From NCBI RefSeq assembly GCF_031769215.1, contig NW_026782002.1:434001-498000 (forward strand): 64,000 bases of DNA, given 5' to 3'. Positions 1 to 13,099 of the stretch are shown piece after piece. This DNA is from Ylistrum balloti. Lineage: Eukaryota. Within the stretch, counting starts at the first letter, position 1; each line of letters starts with the position of its first letter. Below the pieces are notes generated by a model that saw nothing but the letters and a program-made list of their open reading frames with translations, did not search any database and was not told where the DNA came from. The translations under genes were made by a program, and so were the position numbers.

Positions 1-2477
1 GCTGGGAGCTCTGAGATTAGTAAAAATGTGAGCTTATTCATGACTACCATATCAGAGACTGGAAACTTATGTAATGAAAATTACAATTATATGAATTTTG
101 TTGTATTTATCATTGCGTACTGTAGGATGTATGTATAATTATCTGTATAAATAGGATGCAATTTATCCTGTTTTATTGATTTTTCCAATTTCTTCCATTT
201 GTACAAAATTTTATTTTCCTGCAAGCTTCTCCCCATAACTACAAGTTTGGATATCATAAAGACCAAGGATGGAATATCTAGATTTATCAGTGAACAGACG
301 CTGTTTTACATACAGAATAAAGTGATTGTCAACTTTATATTGTCTGCTGAATAGGCAGTGATTGTGGACATTAAACCTGTTGGTGAAATGAATGTAAAGC
401 CAGCTTTGTATAATGGAATATTGTTATCAAAAAGGAATAATTATTTAATGAAAAATATATAAATAAAGTCATTGACAGCATATCTAGACTTTGAATTAGA
501 GTTTGGAATATAGCACATTTCCAAAATAGCTGTACAATAGTTTCCCTTTCGGAGTTACAAACGTTGCAGAAAGAACTATCTGTTAGCTTCGGTTTAAAAA
601 GAAATTACTGTTATGTAATATATGCACTCCCCAGTTTGAACCCATAATTTTTCAAGAAACATGAACACATAACTTGTGTTTATAAGGTAGCATGATAAAT
701 CATTTACAATCTGTTGTAAAGTGTTGTTCTTGATTCAATATTCCTTACCAATGCCAGTGGTGATCACTTGATTTGGAACTTAAAATTGTTTCTGTGAAAT
801 GTACATTTACCTCAAATTTCACTGATTTGATGGTAATCATATGCTATAAAAGGGCTTGATTGTTTTGCATGTGATGGATTATATCTCACATTTAAAATTA
901 CTTATATATATCATTGACATGTTAAGCCTTTCAGTAATTTGATTAGTAATTTGTATATGTAGTGCTGATAACTTAAACATGTTTTCATCATTAAAATAGA
1001 CTTACCAATACATTGAATTTTACTTCAAAATAGTCAAAATTACTGTCAAAATTACGAAACATCTGAAATTGAGACAAATATTTCAAATTCCCAGTTCATT
1101 GGTATCTGTGTTCTGAATACAATGGAGTCTTATAAATGATTTAGTTTTTTTTATGAAAATTATTGATAATTCAGTGTTTAATTATATTAAACTTTGTTTA
1201 ACTTACAAGATCATGAAACAAATTTCTTCTAAGGTATGGAATAAATACATATAAAAGAAAACGTGTGGTTGATGGGGTTATTCCATATCTAGTTGATTTT
1301 TTCACCTTCATTTGGGGATTTTAGCCTGTAAAAGCAAAAATGCACACACAAACTTTTATAGGTGCAAATAGATCTTGTGAAAGCTGATATATGAAATAAA
1401 ATTTTACAATACAAAGATTGCAGTGCCAATTCATAAGCAGTATATATGTCAATCATCCTCAAAATTTAGGTTTATATCCTTCAGAAAAATTAATGGTAAA
1501 TTATTGAACTTGATGTATCCTTTCTAAGGCCTCATTTCCCAAGCATTCTAACATGTTGGTGTAGCAAAATTTCCATTTTGCTTTTTGTAGTTCAGATTTC
1601 CACATTAGATCATGTGCTATTAATAAATTTGTACTTGATAAAGCTGTATATAAACCAATCAGGATCATTTATGTTACTGGATATAGAACTTGATCAATAT
1701 GGTTTTACTTTTTGATAACACTGATTTCTGTGAATTGTTACATATATCCACACAAGGAGTTGATGTTGTTTTTTGTTAGAGATTTTATGTAAACTTCAAA
1801 TGACCCCACACAAACAATGATCATGCACTAAAAATATCTTAACAATGAAAGATACAAACATACATAGTGTACAAACAGTGTAGGCCTACTTTACTTGAGG
1901 AAAGATGAACATGTCAAAAATAGAGTAGGAGTTATCTCCCTTGGCGCTTTCTAAGGATAGAACCTATGCAAATATATATATGATTCTTGGAAATTTGTGT
2001 CGGCCATTAATAGTTAGTCTCACATGACCCACACTGAGATCAATATGGGAAGGAAGTAGGGATTAATGGAAGTACAGTGTACTAGTAAGGATATAATAGA
2101 TTAAATCTTTGCTCTTTTTCTCATGTGCACAAACTGATGTAGTTAACTATTTCCTCATTATTTAGATCTTGAATGATACAATGTACTAGAAAGACAGAAA
2201 AGGACATTGGATAATATTTGTATTTGACTTTCAGAGAAAGAAGATGTTTCATGATGAGGTATTATGAAATAGGATGAAGACCAATTGATAAGTGTGAGTA
2301 TGATTTTGTTTCTTGTTTTGAACATCAAAGTACATGTTTGTATACTATCAGTGCTGGGAGATCTACATATTTTCAAGGTTTTAATGTCTCTAAATTTTCA
2401 CTTGAAAAATTATGATTTTATGTTCATACGCATTCAGTAGGATTAAAATGATGGAGGTCAAAAAATCATTTTCACAA

Positions 2478-3248
2478 AGACTTAGATTAGGATTTCTTTA
2501 GATGATGAAGGCCAAAGGTCATTGTTGTTAAGACGCATAGCTTGGATTTCTTTAGATGATGAAAGTCAAAGGTCATTGTTGTTAAGACACATAGTTTGGA
2601 TTTCTTTAGATGATGAAGGTCAAAGGTCATTGTCGTTAAGACACACAGTTTGGATTTCTTTAGATGATGAATGTCAAAGGTCATTGTTGGTAATCACATA
2701 GTTTGGATTTCTTTAGAGGATGAAGGTCAAAGGTCATTTTCATTAAGACACATAGTTTGGATTTCTTTAGATGACGAAAGTCAAAGGTCATTAAAGTTTA
2801 GACACATAGTTTGAAATCATGTTTTGAATGATGAAAGTCATTGTCACAAATCACATAGTTTGGATTTTTTTAGGTGATGGAGGTCAAAGATCATTGTCAC
2901 AAATCACATAGTTTGGATTTTTTTAAGTGATGGAGGTCAAAGGTCATTGTCACAAATCACATAGTTTGGATATCTTTAGATGATGAAGGTCATTGTCACA
3001 AATCACAAAGTTTGGATATCTTTAGATGATGAAGGTCATAGGTCATTGTCGCAAACCACATAGTTTGGATTTCTGTAGATGATGAAGGTCAAAGGTCACT
3101 GTCACAAATCACATAGTTTGGATTTCTTTAGATGATGAAAGTCAAAGGTCATTGTCACAAATCACGTAGTTTGGATTTCTTTAGTTGATGAAGGTCAAAG
3201 GTCATTGTCATTAAGACACATAGTTTGGGTGTCTTTTGATGATGAAGG
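2478..3248. repeat. 54 bp minisatellite, ~14 copies
   Basis: Unit ATAGTTTGGATTTCTTTAGATGATGAAGGTCAAAGGTCATTGTCGTTAAGACAC; later units end ACAAATCAC. Confidence 0.9.
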
Positions 3249-5796
3249 ATTCATTAAATGCCACCTAATCATGCACTGAATGTTAAAATTTGGAAATTGT
3301 AAACCAAGAACACACTTCTTGGATTTTGACATCAAATGTCATGAATCATGATCATTTGTCTGGGAATGATGTTACTCTCTGGTTTGATTTTATTTCTGTT
3401 TGGTCTACCAGAGGATATACTCAGCAAAACACCCTTCATCCTTGATTCATGCATCTGAAAATAATTCTTGTCATTACTTTTTCTCCACAAGCTTTAAAAG
3501 GATCTTTCTCACATTTTATAAGCAGGTGTCCATTCGTCCATTTTGCATGTTTAATGTACATGAATATATATATATATAGCTGCCAGATTTTCACTTGATA
3601 TTTAACATATGATTTGTAGAACGAGATTTATCACTATCATTTCTTGAAAAAGTATTCAGGTAATGTTACCTTACATCAACTATCTACTCCAATGATTCTA
3701 CTCATATCGTTAATATACATATATATAGAGACCAATCCACACTCTCTACATACACGTGTATGTGTAATACCGAAGGACATATCTCCTGATCTGTATTTCC
3801 CGTCCTCATGGATATAATCTGAAGCATGGTGGCCAATTAATAGGATATTGAGCTGATGATTGAAGGGTCTCTTGTTTGTGTCCCAGCACAGACATTATAT
3901 GCTGTATTGTTGTTTAAACAAGATGCGTTACGCTGTCTGTTTTAGTCAACTCCTCTGTAAAAAAGTCTGTGCTCAGTCAGTGCTGGAGATATTGTATACA
4001 AACTCTTAGTTAGAAGTAGCAGCTCTTACCTGTAGGTGTGCTTCAAAGATAGTTGAGAAATATTATGGTTCAGGTATTCTACACATATTTGACCCAAGGT
4101 GAAATGTACCTCTGATGAATAGGACTAAGAACAGTGGTGAGATGATAAAATCAACACTTCATTTCATTGACAATATCATTGTATTCTTGAATCTGTAAAC
4201 AATAAGGTAAACATCAAGTATGTGTAACTACTGACATGCTTTACTGACGATATCATTGTATTCTTGAAATAACAAACAGTAAGATAAACACTTGTATTGG
4301 GTCACTAGTTTGCAGTAACACATCTTCATTCAGACATTAGTATATATATTGACTCGCACACACACACACACAACAGGAAGTATTCTCTTTATGGCCCCCT
4401 CAAAAGTTATTGAGATATCGGATGTCTGACATGGGTGACAGTCTAGCGGTGAAATAAGAAACCAAAATTACTAAATTGTTTCATATTATATTACAAATAG
4501 AAAATGTGCTATCCTTGGTTAGTAGAAACAGAACAAATGGTGAGATGTTGTATTAATTAGAACAGTGTTTACTGGTGACATATAGAAGGAAGAAGGAACA
4601 TTTCCTATTTTGAAGGGTACCCAGGTACACGTGTTCAAACCCACTTACTCCTCCAACCTGGTCGAGATATGGGTTCAATCGAACTTGGGTACTGGTTACA
4701 GTCTTAAAATACCAGCACACATGTAGTTCACCGTTGAGGGATTAAGCCTTTATTCATGAATGCACAGAAACCTGAATTCATTATCTGTTTGTTCAATATA
4801 TCCCTTGATATATTCAGTATTTTTTGTCAGTGGTATTAATTGTTTTTGATTCCCTGCCAGTTTTACCTTTAAGTATGAATACCATAGATTCCATTCTAAT
4901 GGGTAATGTACCTTGTGGGGCCAATACACAGGTAACAATATACCTGGGAAAGTTGTCAGAGAGCTGGCAGTAGTTAAAATGTCTTTCCCACTTTTATAAC
5001 TTTAGTTTAAATATAAGTTTATTTAATTAATATATTTAATTCTTCTTTTTAATCATAATAATTTGCAAGCTATTGTTTGATGGGATGCATCAATTTGAAA
5101 TTTAATTTTTTTTCTAAATTGTTCATAAAGTTTGAGAGGTACTTCTGCTAAAATATTATTATGTACTGTGATTCTGCACACATGCAGGTGTTTTTTTTTT
5201 TTAGTAAAATGTAAATATTTCTTTAAAATGAAATACTGGTGACAAGAAAAAAACAGCATTTTACTGACTATATATATTTTTAAATGACTTATCAGTAATT
5301 TGCAACTAACTGACAAGGTGATGGGGCCCTTGTGAAATTATAGAATATGTAGGAGACTGTGTCTTAATTGGATGGCTGGAATCGAGTAGATTTCCATATA
5401 TATCATCTTTAGATATTGCTATACTGTATATATATGAAATTTCAAGGTACAATTTTTTTTAGAAGAAATGATATATCAAATAACATCTGGTAATGTCATA
5501 ATGTACTTATTTCATGTGTTGTCATGATCATTTCGAAATAATTTTCATGTTGGATATTTGTGGCTGCAGTCTTCTTAATTTTCTGTGACAAGAACATAAT
5601 ATCAAGATGACTGTGTTGATATTATTAGTGGATGTTGTCATATGTTACTGTAAGACATTTGATCATCTGATAAAGGCCATTGAAAGAACATTTCTAATTG
5701 GTTAATGACATTGACCTTTTATGAGAACTACAATATTGTGTGGCTTCATTCTGTGATATGATTGGCTGATATACACACAATACTGCATACCTATAG

Positions 5797-5830
<34 letters not shown>

Positions 5831-6284
5831 TTAACAATTAATGGACAACTCCAGGTCCTAGGTATTCAGTATACATATTAGTATAGCTATATTTAGAACT
5901 GAAAATCTTCAATATTTTTATTTGTAGTATGGCATGGAAATTATCTACTTTTGCTGACGGGTGTGTAAACCTAATGCAGTTTACACATTTTGTTTTAATT
6001 GCGTGCTTGAATTGTTTAAACAATAATTGTCATTCTGATTCATGTCAGCTTTAAATGCCTTTTTTAGCATGCCTATCTGAAGAATAGCAGGATATGTAGA
6101 TTTACTCTGACATTAGGTGTTGGTCTTTAGATTTTAAGGTTACGACAAAGTGCTGTACTGGAATAGAACTATAAATGTACTAGTTCACTTACATGTGATA
6201 TGAGGGTATTTTTGGGATTTCCATTCTGTTTATGTAACACTGCTGGGATAATTTTTTTTTTCAATTCAAATTTTGATATGTTTT

Positions 6285-6990
6285 TGGGTCACCTTAGATT
6301 TAGTCTCACATTTTGCATAGCCTAGCAATCATTTAGAACAGTTTTGACTTAAGAAAAACTCCTGAACCAAATTCAAGAAAATTTTATGTGAACTTTTATG
6401 GCCAAAGGTGAACTAAAATTGTGAAATAAATGGTCACAACCCCAAAAGGGGTATGAGAGGCAGAGCCAAAAGGGGTCAAAAATGGATTAAAATATAAATG
6501 GTCTTCTGGTCAATGGTCAGATGGTAGAATCAAATACTATCCATGGTTGAAGGGGTTTTAGGTGTTGAGTTACAGGACCCCAAAATCTCTTATTTTCTTC
6601 CAGGGGAAGGGGTACACTGTCTATTTACTTTGGAGAAATCACATTTTTGAGAATATTTTGTTTATATTTGTATTGGAAATATTTCAAAGTTGGTTAACAT
6701 CAACGATGATAAGTACGTATTGAACCCGACTAACCTGTTTACTAATTCGTATAGGAAAATGACATTTTTAAGAATAATTCAATATTTATTTAAAAGATTT
6801 CAGACTTTAATTATGATAGGGTTACAGGTTAAAGGTATGTACATATTGATCCTGACAAACCCCAGGGGCTGATGGGTGCATGGGGCCAAAAGCATCAAAT
6901 AGAATCAAGATATGATGAATCAAACACCTGTGTACTTGTAATGGATTGATGGGTCTTGAGCTGCTTGACCAAAATTATGAATTATGTACA
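6285..6990 (+). mobile_element. Degenerate HINE-like element
   Basis: Starts TTTTTGGGTCACCT; repeated GACCAAA/GAACCAAATT and GGGCCAAAAG..TCAAA motifs. Confidence 0.4.
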
Positions 6991-7132
6991 AGTTATCTAA
7001 GGTGTCAGTTACATTATTTCTATGACACATGTTAAAAGGAAAATAGCATTTATAGAACTTAGGTAACTGTTGAGTTTGAGCCTACTGTTGGGAATTAAAC
7101 TTTTTTCAATCAAAGTTTTGCTGCAATTTAGA

Positions 7133-7300
7133 TTTTAGGCCACCATCATTAGATATGGGCCTTTTAAATCGCCCTACATCTGTAGTCTATAGGCATCATC
7201 TGTCCATTCATAAACAATTATTCTTATTGCTATTTCTTGAGAGAAGTACTGCATGGACGTTTCTCAAATTCCCTGTCTAGATGTGTCTTGGTCCTAGAGC
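7133..7300 (+). mobile_element. Truncated HINE-like copy (25319 family)
   Basis: Shares CACCATCA..AGAT..GG..AAATCGCCCT..TAAACAATTATT..TTATTGCTATTTCT..GAAGTACTG with the 25319 element. Confidence 0.55.
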
Positions 7301-8939
7301 AATGTTAAAATAGCATATAATGAAAGAGAAATGAGGAAAAAAGATTAAACTTTTAAACATCAAACAATGATGGACGCCAAGATCTCTCTTGGATTTATTT
7401 TAGTAGTGCTCAAGTATCTTCTGGCATGTTCTAGGATGCTAATTTGTAGTATGAGAGTAGATTTAGTGTGTGTAATTTATTTAGCAGAATGAAATAAGGA
7501 TTTTTCTGTTAATTGGAATTTGGACATGTTTTTCTGCAAATGAAATCTTCTAGTATGTAATTATATGTGTGTTAGGATGCTAATATATATCAGGATGTGA
7601 TGATCATCATATTTGAGATGAAAAGGTACCAACATGATAGAAATACAAAGTCAAACAAAGTACCAGAGATACCATTCATCAGCTGTTGGTGTAGCACACA
7701 AATAATCTATCATAGGATATATTTTGAGGTTATCAAATTTTGATCACGATTGGGAGCTTGAGGTGGCAAAATGGAATCATGACTAGTAGTGGCGCTGTGC
7801 TGGCAATAATGCCTTTGATTGAATATTGATGTTATCTCAATGGAAAAGAAGAAAATTTATTGCATTAATACTCCGACAGTGTGTATCAAGTTTTATGGTT
7901 CTGAAAACACTACAGTGATTATATCGCCACTAATTTGATAACTTATTAGTGTCATATGCTGGCAATGTGTTGTAGGGATTCAACTGGCCAATTTCCACAC
8001 TGGTTTGGACATTGACAAGTTAAAACAGATATCAAACAAGTATACTTTAAGATCTTGAATATATATATTGGAATTAAATAGACTATCCTTAATGAGAAGA
8101 TAGTATCAGTGATTGACTTAATCAGAAGTAGGTCACTGCAACCTAAATTTTGACTTGTGACCTGGTTTCTTCAAGCGGAAAAGATTTATTGTTGTAAAGT
8201 ATAAAACACTTACAACTATACAGCAGAGAGTAGTTTTGGAGGGGTGTGGTGCTGATCATGATGACAAAGTCAGATATCATGTTAATAGGAACACACTGTT
8301 GTCAGATGGTTTGTAGGTAAAGATCATGCTGATGTGGCTGTAATGTGATACTTAATATGTCTGTATAATGTACAAGTATATTGTACACTACATTGTTACA
8401 ATTAGGGCGTTTCTGTTTCTCCTCCTTTTGTAATAAAATTTTTGGCCTGGCGTTGGCTTTACGATGATTCGACAAGTTGTAAACACTTCCTGATTGAAGG
8501 TGTGCCATGAGACTGCAAACTGAGAGAGAATGAAAACCTCTGGAGCATCATTTACTGTTTTTCATGTATTGCTTGTATTACGCTTGTCACATTACAGGTT
8601 GTGTAGGTATAAAAGTACCACTTAGTGTCATAACGATTTAGTAGTGATTTTATCTGATCAACAGACCTTCAGATCTTTTCACTGACAAGTATATATTACT
8701 AACTAGTAGTATTATACTAAATATACCCAATGTACATGACATGATATCATTACAGTTTAGGATTCTGGACATTGATCACTAAATTTGGAAACAACTCAGA
8801 TAAGGTAATAGTTTGAAACATAAACAAAATGGTAAGCAGGTTGTTCAAAACCCTGACTCAGTTGCTAAATATTGAATTATTGATTCAAACTGTAATAATG
8901 AAAATTTTAAAAAAATAAAAGAAATTTTTTTTTTTTCTG

Positions 8940-9990
8940 AAAATCAACAATTGTCATGAATGACTGAGCAGATATTGACCAAATTTGGTCTGAGGCATCC
9001 TCTGGAGAAGAGGAACACATTTGGTATGAACAATGAATTTTGGCCCCTTGTGGCCAGAAGGGCAGGGCCAAATAGGGAAAATAGAACAAATTCATTAAAA
9101 TCCTACTCCTCCCATAGGTTTGATTACATTTACCCAAAATTGGTCTGAAGCATCTTTAGTGAAGGGAAATCAGTTTTCTATAAAACAGGGATCTCAGTCC
9201 CATGTAGCTGGACGGGTGGGGCTGAATGGGTTAAATTTCACAAATTTTAAAAAATCCTGATCCTTCTGTAGGAATGATACGATTTTGCCCAAATTTGATC
9301 CGAAGCAACCTTTGTTGAAGGGGAATCAGTTTTGCTTAATTGGTGAGTCTCTGCCACCAATACAGGAAACTTCGTATATTTTTAGAAATCTTACTTCTTC
9401 TGTAGGAATCATTGAATTTTGCTCAAATTTAGTCTGAAGCATGCATGGGAAAGGGCAAATTTTGTATACACCTTTGGTCTTGGCCCCTCAGGGTAGGAAA
9501 CAGAGAGAATTCTTTGAAGCCCTTCTCCTTCCGTAGGTTTGATTGGATCTTGCTGAAATTTCACCTGAAATATCCTTCGGTTAAAGGGACTTAAATTTGA
9601 ATAAGCGATGGGTTATGGCCCCCTAAAGCAGGAGGGGCAGGGTTCATTTGGAGAAAAAGAGCAAATTCTTTAAAATCTTACTTCTTCTGTAGGAAAGTCA
9701 GGATTCTGTACCAATTTGGTCTGAAGTATGTATCCTAGTGTAAATCATGTGTAAATAGTTGTTTATACTACTGTGGGGCCAGAGGGTTGGAGACCACTAG
9801 GGGAAATAGAGCAAAGGGAATGCCTGGATTCTGTCCCAGTTTGACGTGAAGCATCCATGGGTGAAAGCTTAAAGGGATTTAATTTTGTATACACAGTGAA
9901 TCTCGACCCTTATAATGGGAGGGGCAGGACCTATTATAGGTCAAATTTTTAAAAATCCTAGATTTAAAAAAGTTTGGATTAAGCAATTTC
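8940..9990 (+). repeat. Degenerate ~135-165 bp tandem array (HINE core, resembling oyster Cg170-like repeats)
   Basis: Recurrent AAATTTGGTCTGAAGCATC..GAAGGG and AAAATCCTACTCC (9097, 9251, 9386, 9672, 9953). Confidence 0.65.
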
Positions 9991-10826
9991 AGTAAAGCAA
10001 AGCCAACTTGTTTCAAATGATAATTAAATACTACACATGAATGAATTATTCAGAATTTCAGTTTTGAATCTTTATACACCTTTATGATATCACCTAGATG
10101 AATTTTTGTCTTAAATCAATATTGCTATCTGGCCAACATGAGACTGGGAATAATAATAGGGTCTTTACATCGACAAAGCTGGAGAGGAAGTTTTAGCATA
10201 CAGGTAGATTAAATAGGTGATAAGATTTCATTTTAGACCTTATTCAGTGATTTATGTTGACAAACACTATGGGGGACATTTGATAGTTATAAAAGTACAG
10301 AATTACACTTATCTGTATTAACAGGTCTTATGACTGGTTTCAGTCAAAAACTCGCATTTGGTGTCCGTTGAAATACATTATATTTTGATAAATAAATTAC
10401 CAAATAAAGGTATAGATTATCCTAGTTTGTAAAGCAAAAACCATGATGAAATTTGTATTGGCCATTATCACTCTGCATTGACCCCATTAAATCGCTGTAA
10501 CTTAGACCTGGAAACAAGCCAAAAAAATGCCTGGCTGAGACAGGGCGATAAACGATGACACAGCTTAAGTAAAATACAGTTGCACAGCATTAAGATTCTA
10601 ATTGTCTGTAATCCCTCAACACTGTTTAAGATAATATATGTATGTACATTATGTGGATATTTTCAATATGTCCTTTTAAGAATTGACACCCACACACAGC
10701 ATCACAAGGTCACTCTAACACATACTGATACATGTAGACTCTAAAAGGTCAAGTGTTCTTACAGACAAACGTTCAAAAGTTCACTGACAAAGGAAATGCC
10801 TGAAGTTTATAGTCTGTTTTGTTCTT

Positions 10827-11079
10827 TTCTGGGAAAGCTGCATAAATGAAAAAATAATACACCGATGCAGGATGAGAATTCTGGGAAAAGTTCATTTTCA
10901 AAGAATCTGACAGCTATTTTCTTTTCTAGGAACTGACTGAGGTGAAAATTTCCTTATATGGTATGGCTAGCAGTGTGTCTATGATCAGATGGTCCCATAG
11001 CTATTAGTCTGTCTGAGGGCACATACAAACCATGCACGTTAGCTGCATTGTTATCTTATGCTGACACTTTTCCCCAGAA
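10827..11079. promoter_or_regulatory. Cluster of STAT (GAS) consensus sites upstream of NIK
   Basis: TTCTGGGAA at 10827 and 10879, TTCAAAGAA at 10897, TTCTAGGAA at 10924, N4-type TTCCCCAGAA at 11070. Confidence 0.4.
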
Positions 11080-11087
11080 TCAGAGTA

Positions 11088-11990
11088 ATTAAATTCCAGT
11101 ATTTATCTGGCTGGTTATTAATAAGCCCATACCTGGAGATAAGCCCACTTGTGGTTATAAGCTGATGCCTGGTTATAAGCCCATGTCTGGTAATTCATGT
11201 CTGGTTATGAGCTAATTCCTGGTGATGACCCCATTAAATTCCAGTATTTATCTGGCTTGTTATTAATAAGCCCATACCTGGAGATAAGCCCACTTATGGT
11301 TATAAGCTGATGCCTGGTTATAAGCCCATGTCTGGTAATTCATGTCTGGTTATGAGCTAATGCCTGATGATAAGCCAATGTAAGTCTATACCTGGTGATA
11401 AGCCCATGTCTGGTAATTAGCCTAAGCCACGTAATGGGCTCATACATGGTAATAAGCCTATGCATGGCAATAAGCCTTCACCTTATTATAAGCCCATATC
11501 TGCTAATAAACATATGCCTGGTAATAAGCCTATACCTGGTTAAAAGTCCATGTATGGCAATAAGCCCATACCTGCTACTAAACCTATGCCTGGTTATAAG
11601 CCTATACCTAGTTAAAAGTCTGTGTCTGGCAATAAGCCCATACCTGCTAATAAACCTATGCCTGGTAATAAGCCTATACCTAGGTAAAAGTCTGTGTCTG
11701 GCAATAAGCCCATACCTGCTAATTAACCTATGCCTGGTAATAAGCCTATACCTAGGTAAAAGTCTGTGTCTGGCAATAAGCCCATACCTGCTAATAAACC
11801 TATACCAGGTAATGATCCCTTTTCTGGATACAAATCTATTCCTGGTAAAAAACCCAACTGTGGTATTAAGCTTATGCCTGGTTATAAACACATGTCTGGT
11901 AACAAGCCTATGCCAAGTTGTTAGACCATGACTATGGCTAGTTATAAGCCCATGTCTGGTTATTAGCCTGTACCTGGTACGAAACCCAAG
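11088..11990. repeat. 18 bp minisatellite with a 145 bp duplication at its left end
   Basis: Unit (A/T)ATAAGCC(C/T)AT(A/G)CCTGGT; duplicated block starts at 11088 and 11233. Confidence 0.85.
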
Positions 11991-12759
11991 TCAAATGTCC
12001 ATTAAAAGTTTTGTAGTAATTTTCTCTTTTCCCAATATCTCAAACAATTGAGATGAAGTACAGATGTATGCTTTCAACAATAATTTTTTGTAGGATTTTT
12101 TTTTTGTAGCAAGTCCACAAAGAGAAATAAATGTAGTTGTATCTCAAAATTTGAATGAACCCAACAAGAAGAGCATGTACATGAGTCCAGGACTTACACA
12201 TTTGTGTCATGAAAAAACCCACTGCCTAACAGCATCTCTGAGATAGCCACTAGAGAAAGAGACTACTGTTTAAAGCCTCAGTGCCCCTCTCAATATCACA
12301 TGAGATCATACACGTGGAGGTATTAGCAGGGTGGCACAAACCAGTAGTTACTGTCAAATAGAGTTGTACACAAAATCCACACATTAAAATTTGTCTTTCT
12401 TCATTGATAATCGATTGTATGAGCTATGTGTTGTATCTGTACCGAGTACTATAAATCATAGATAATTACCAAGTTTCAAAGTATAGTGTGCAAAATAAAC
12501 ATTGATGAAGAATTTTAAGGCTATATCTCCACTACTTCAGTTACAAAATTAAACAAATCATTTTTTTTTTATTATTTCTATACTTGAAATGTAAAGCACT
12601 GTTCTGTATTACCTTTTGAAAAGTCAAAATTTATTATCAAAAATATCGTGATTAAGCTCTCCATAAATCCTTAACTCAAGTAGGTTGGTACATTTATTTG
12701 TGTTTGTGACCTTCTGCAGATTTTCAGTGTATCATATTTACTTCCTTGTATTTTTACAG

Positions 12760-13099
12760 GCAGTGTCCGTCTATATACCACCAAGGCATACAGTTTGTAC
12801 TAGGACGTTTATATAACAACGACAAGGAAATCAATGTGCTATTCACACGAGCTTTATCCACGAGGATATAGACCGCCGTCTGATTCATTGACAGTCACTT
12901 GAGTACGGCCTGATTTTAGCAAGGATGTAGAAGGAAATATTTGTGACAATTATTTTCTGCAGTGCGAAATTGACACATGTTGTACTAAGCTTAACACATA
13001 CAGGAACAACTTAAATGACAGGGTTTTTTTTACCTCAGAAAGCTCTTAGTGACTTTTTTGTAACCTGGACCATTCATAAGTTGGAAAAGGTTTAAAGAT
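12760..13099 (+). promoter_or_regulatory. Putative 5' UTR of the first coding NIK exon, containing 4 uORFs
   Basis: Acceptor TTTTTACAG ends at 12759. An in-frame TAA lies about 40 nt upstream of ATG 13100. uORFs at 12834-12902, 12925-12930, 12977-12988 and 13015-13095. Confidence 0.5.

Noticed and set aside
11101-11990. Adhesive or structural protein-like hexapeptide repeat (NKPIPG/YKPMSG) and ORFs 11395-11931 (+) and 11478-11891 (-)
   Set aside because: The hexapeptide frame has several stops (TAG, TAA). The other ORFs are alternate frames of an 18 bp minisatellite.
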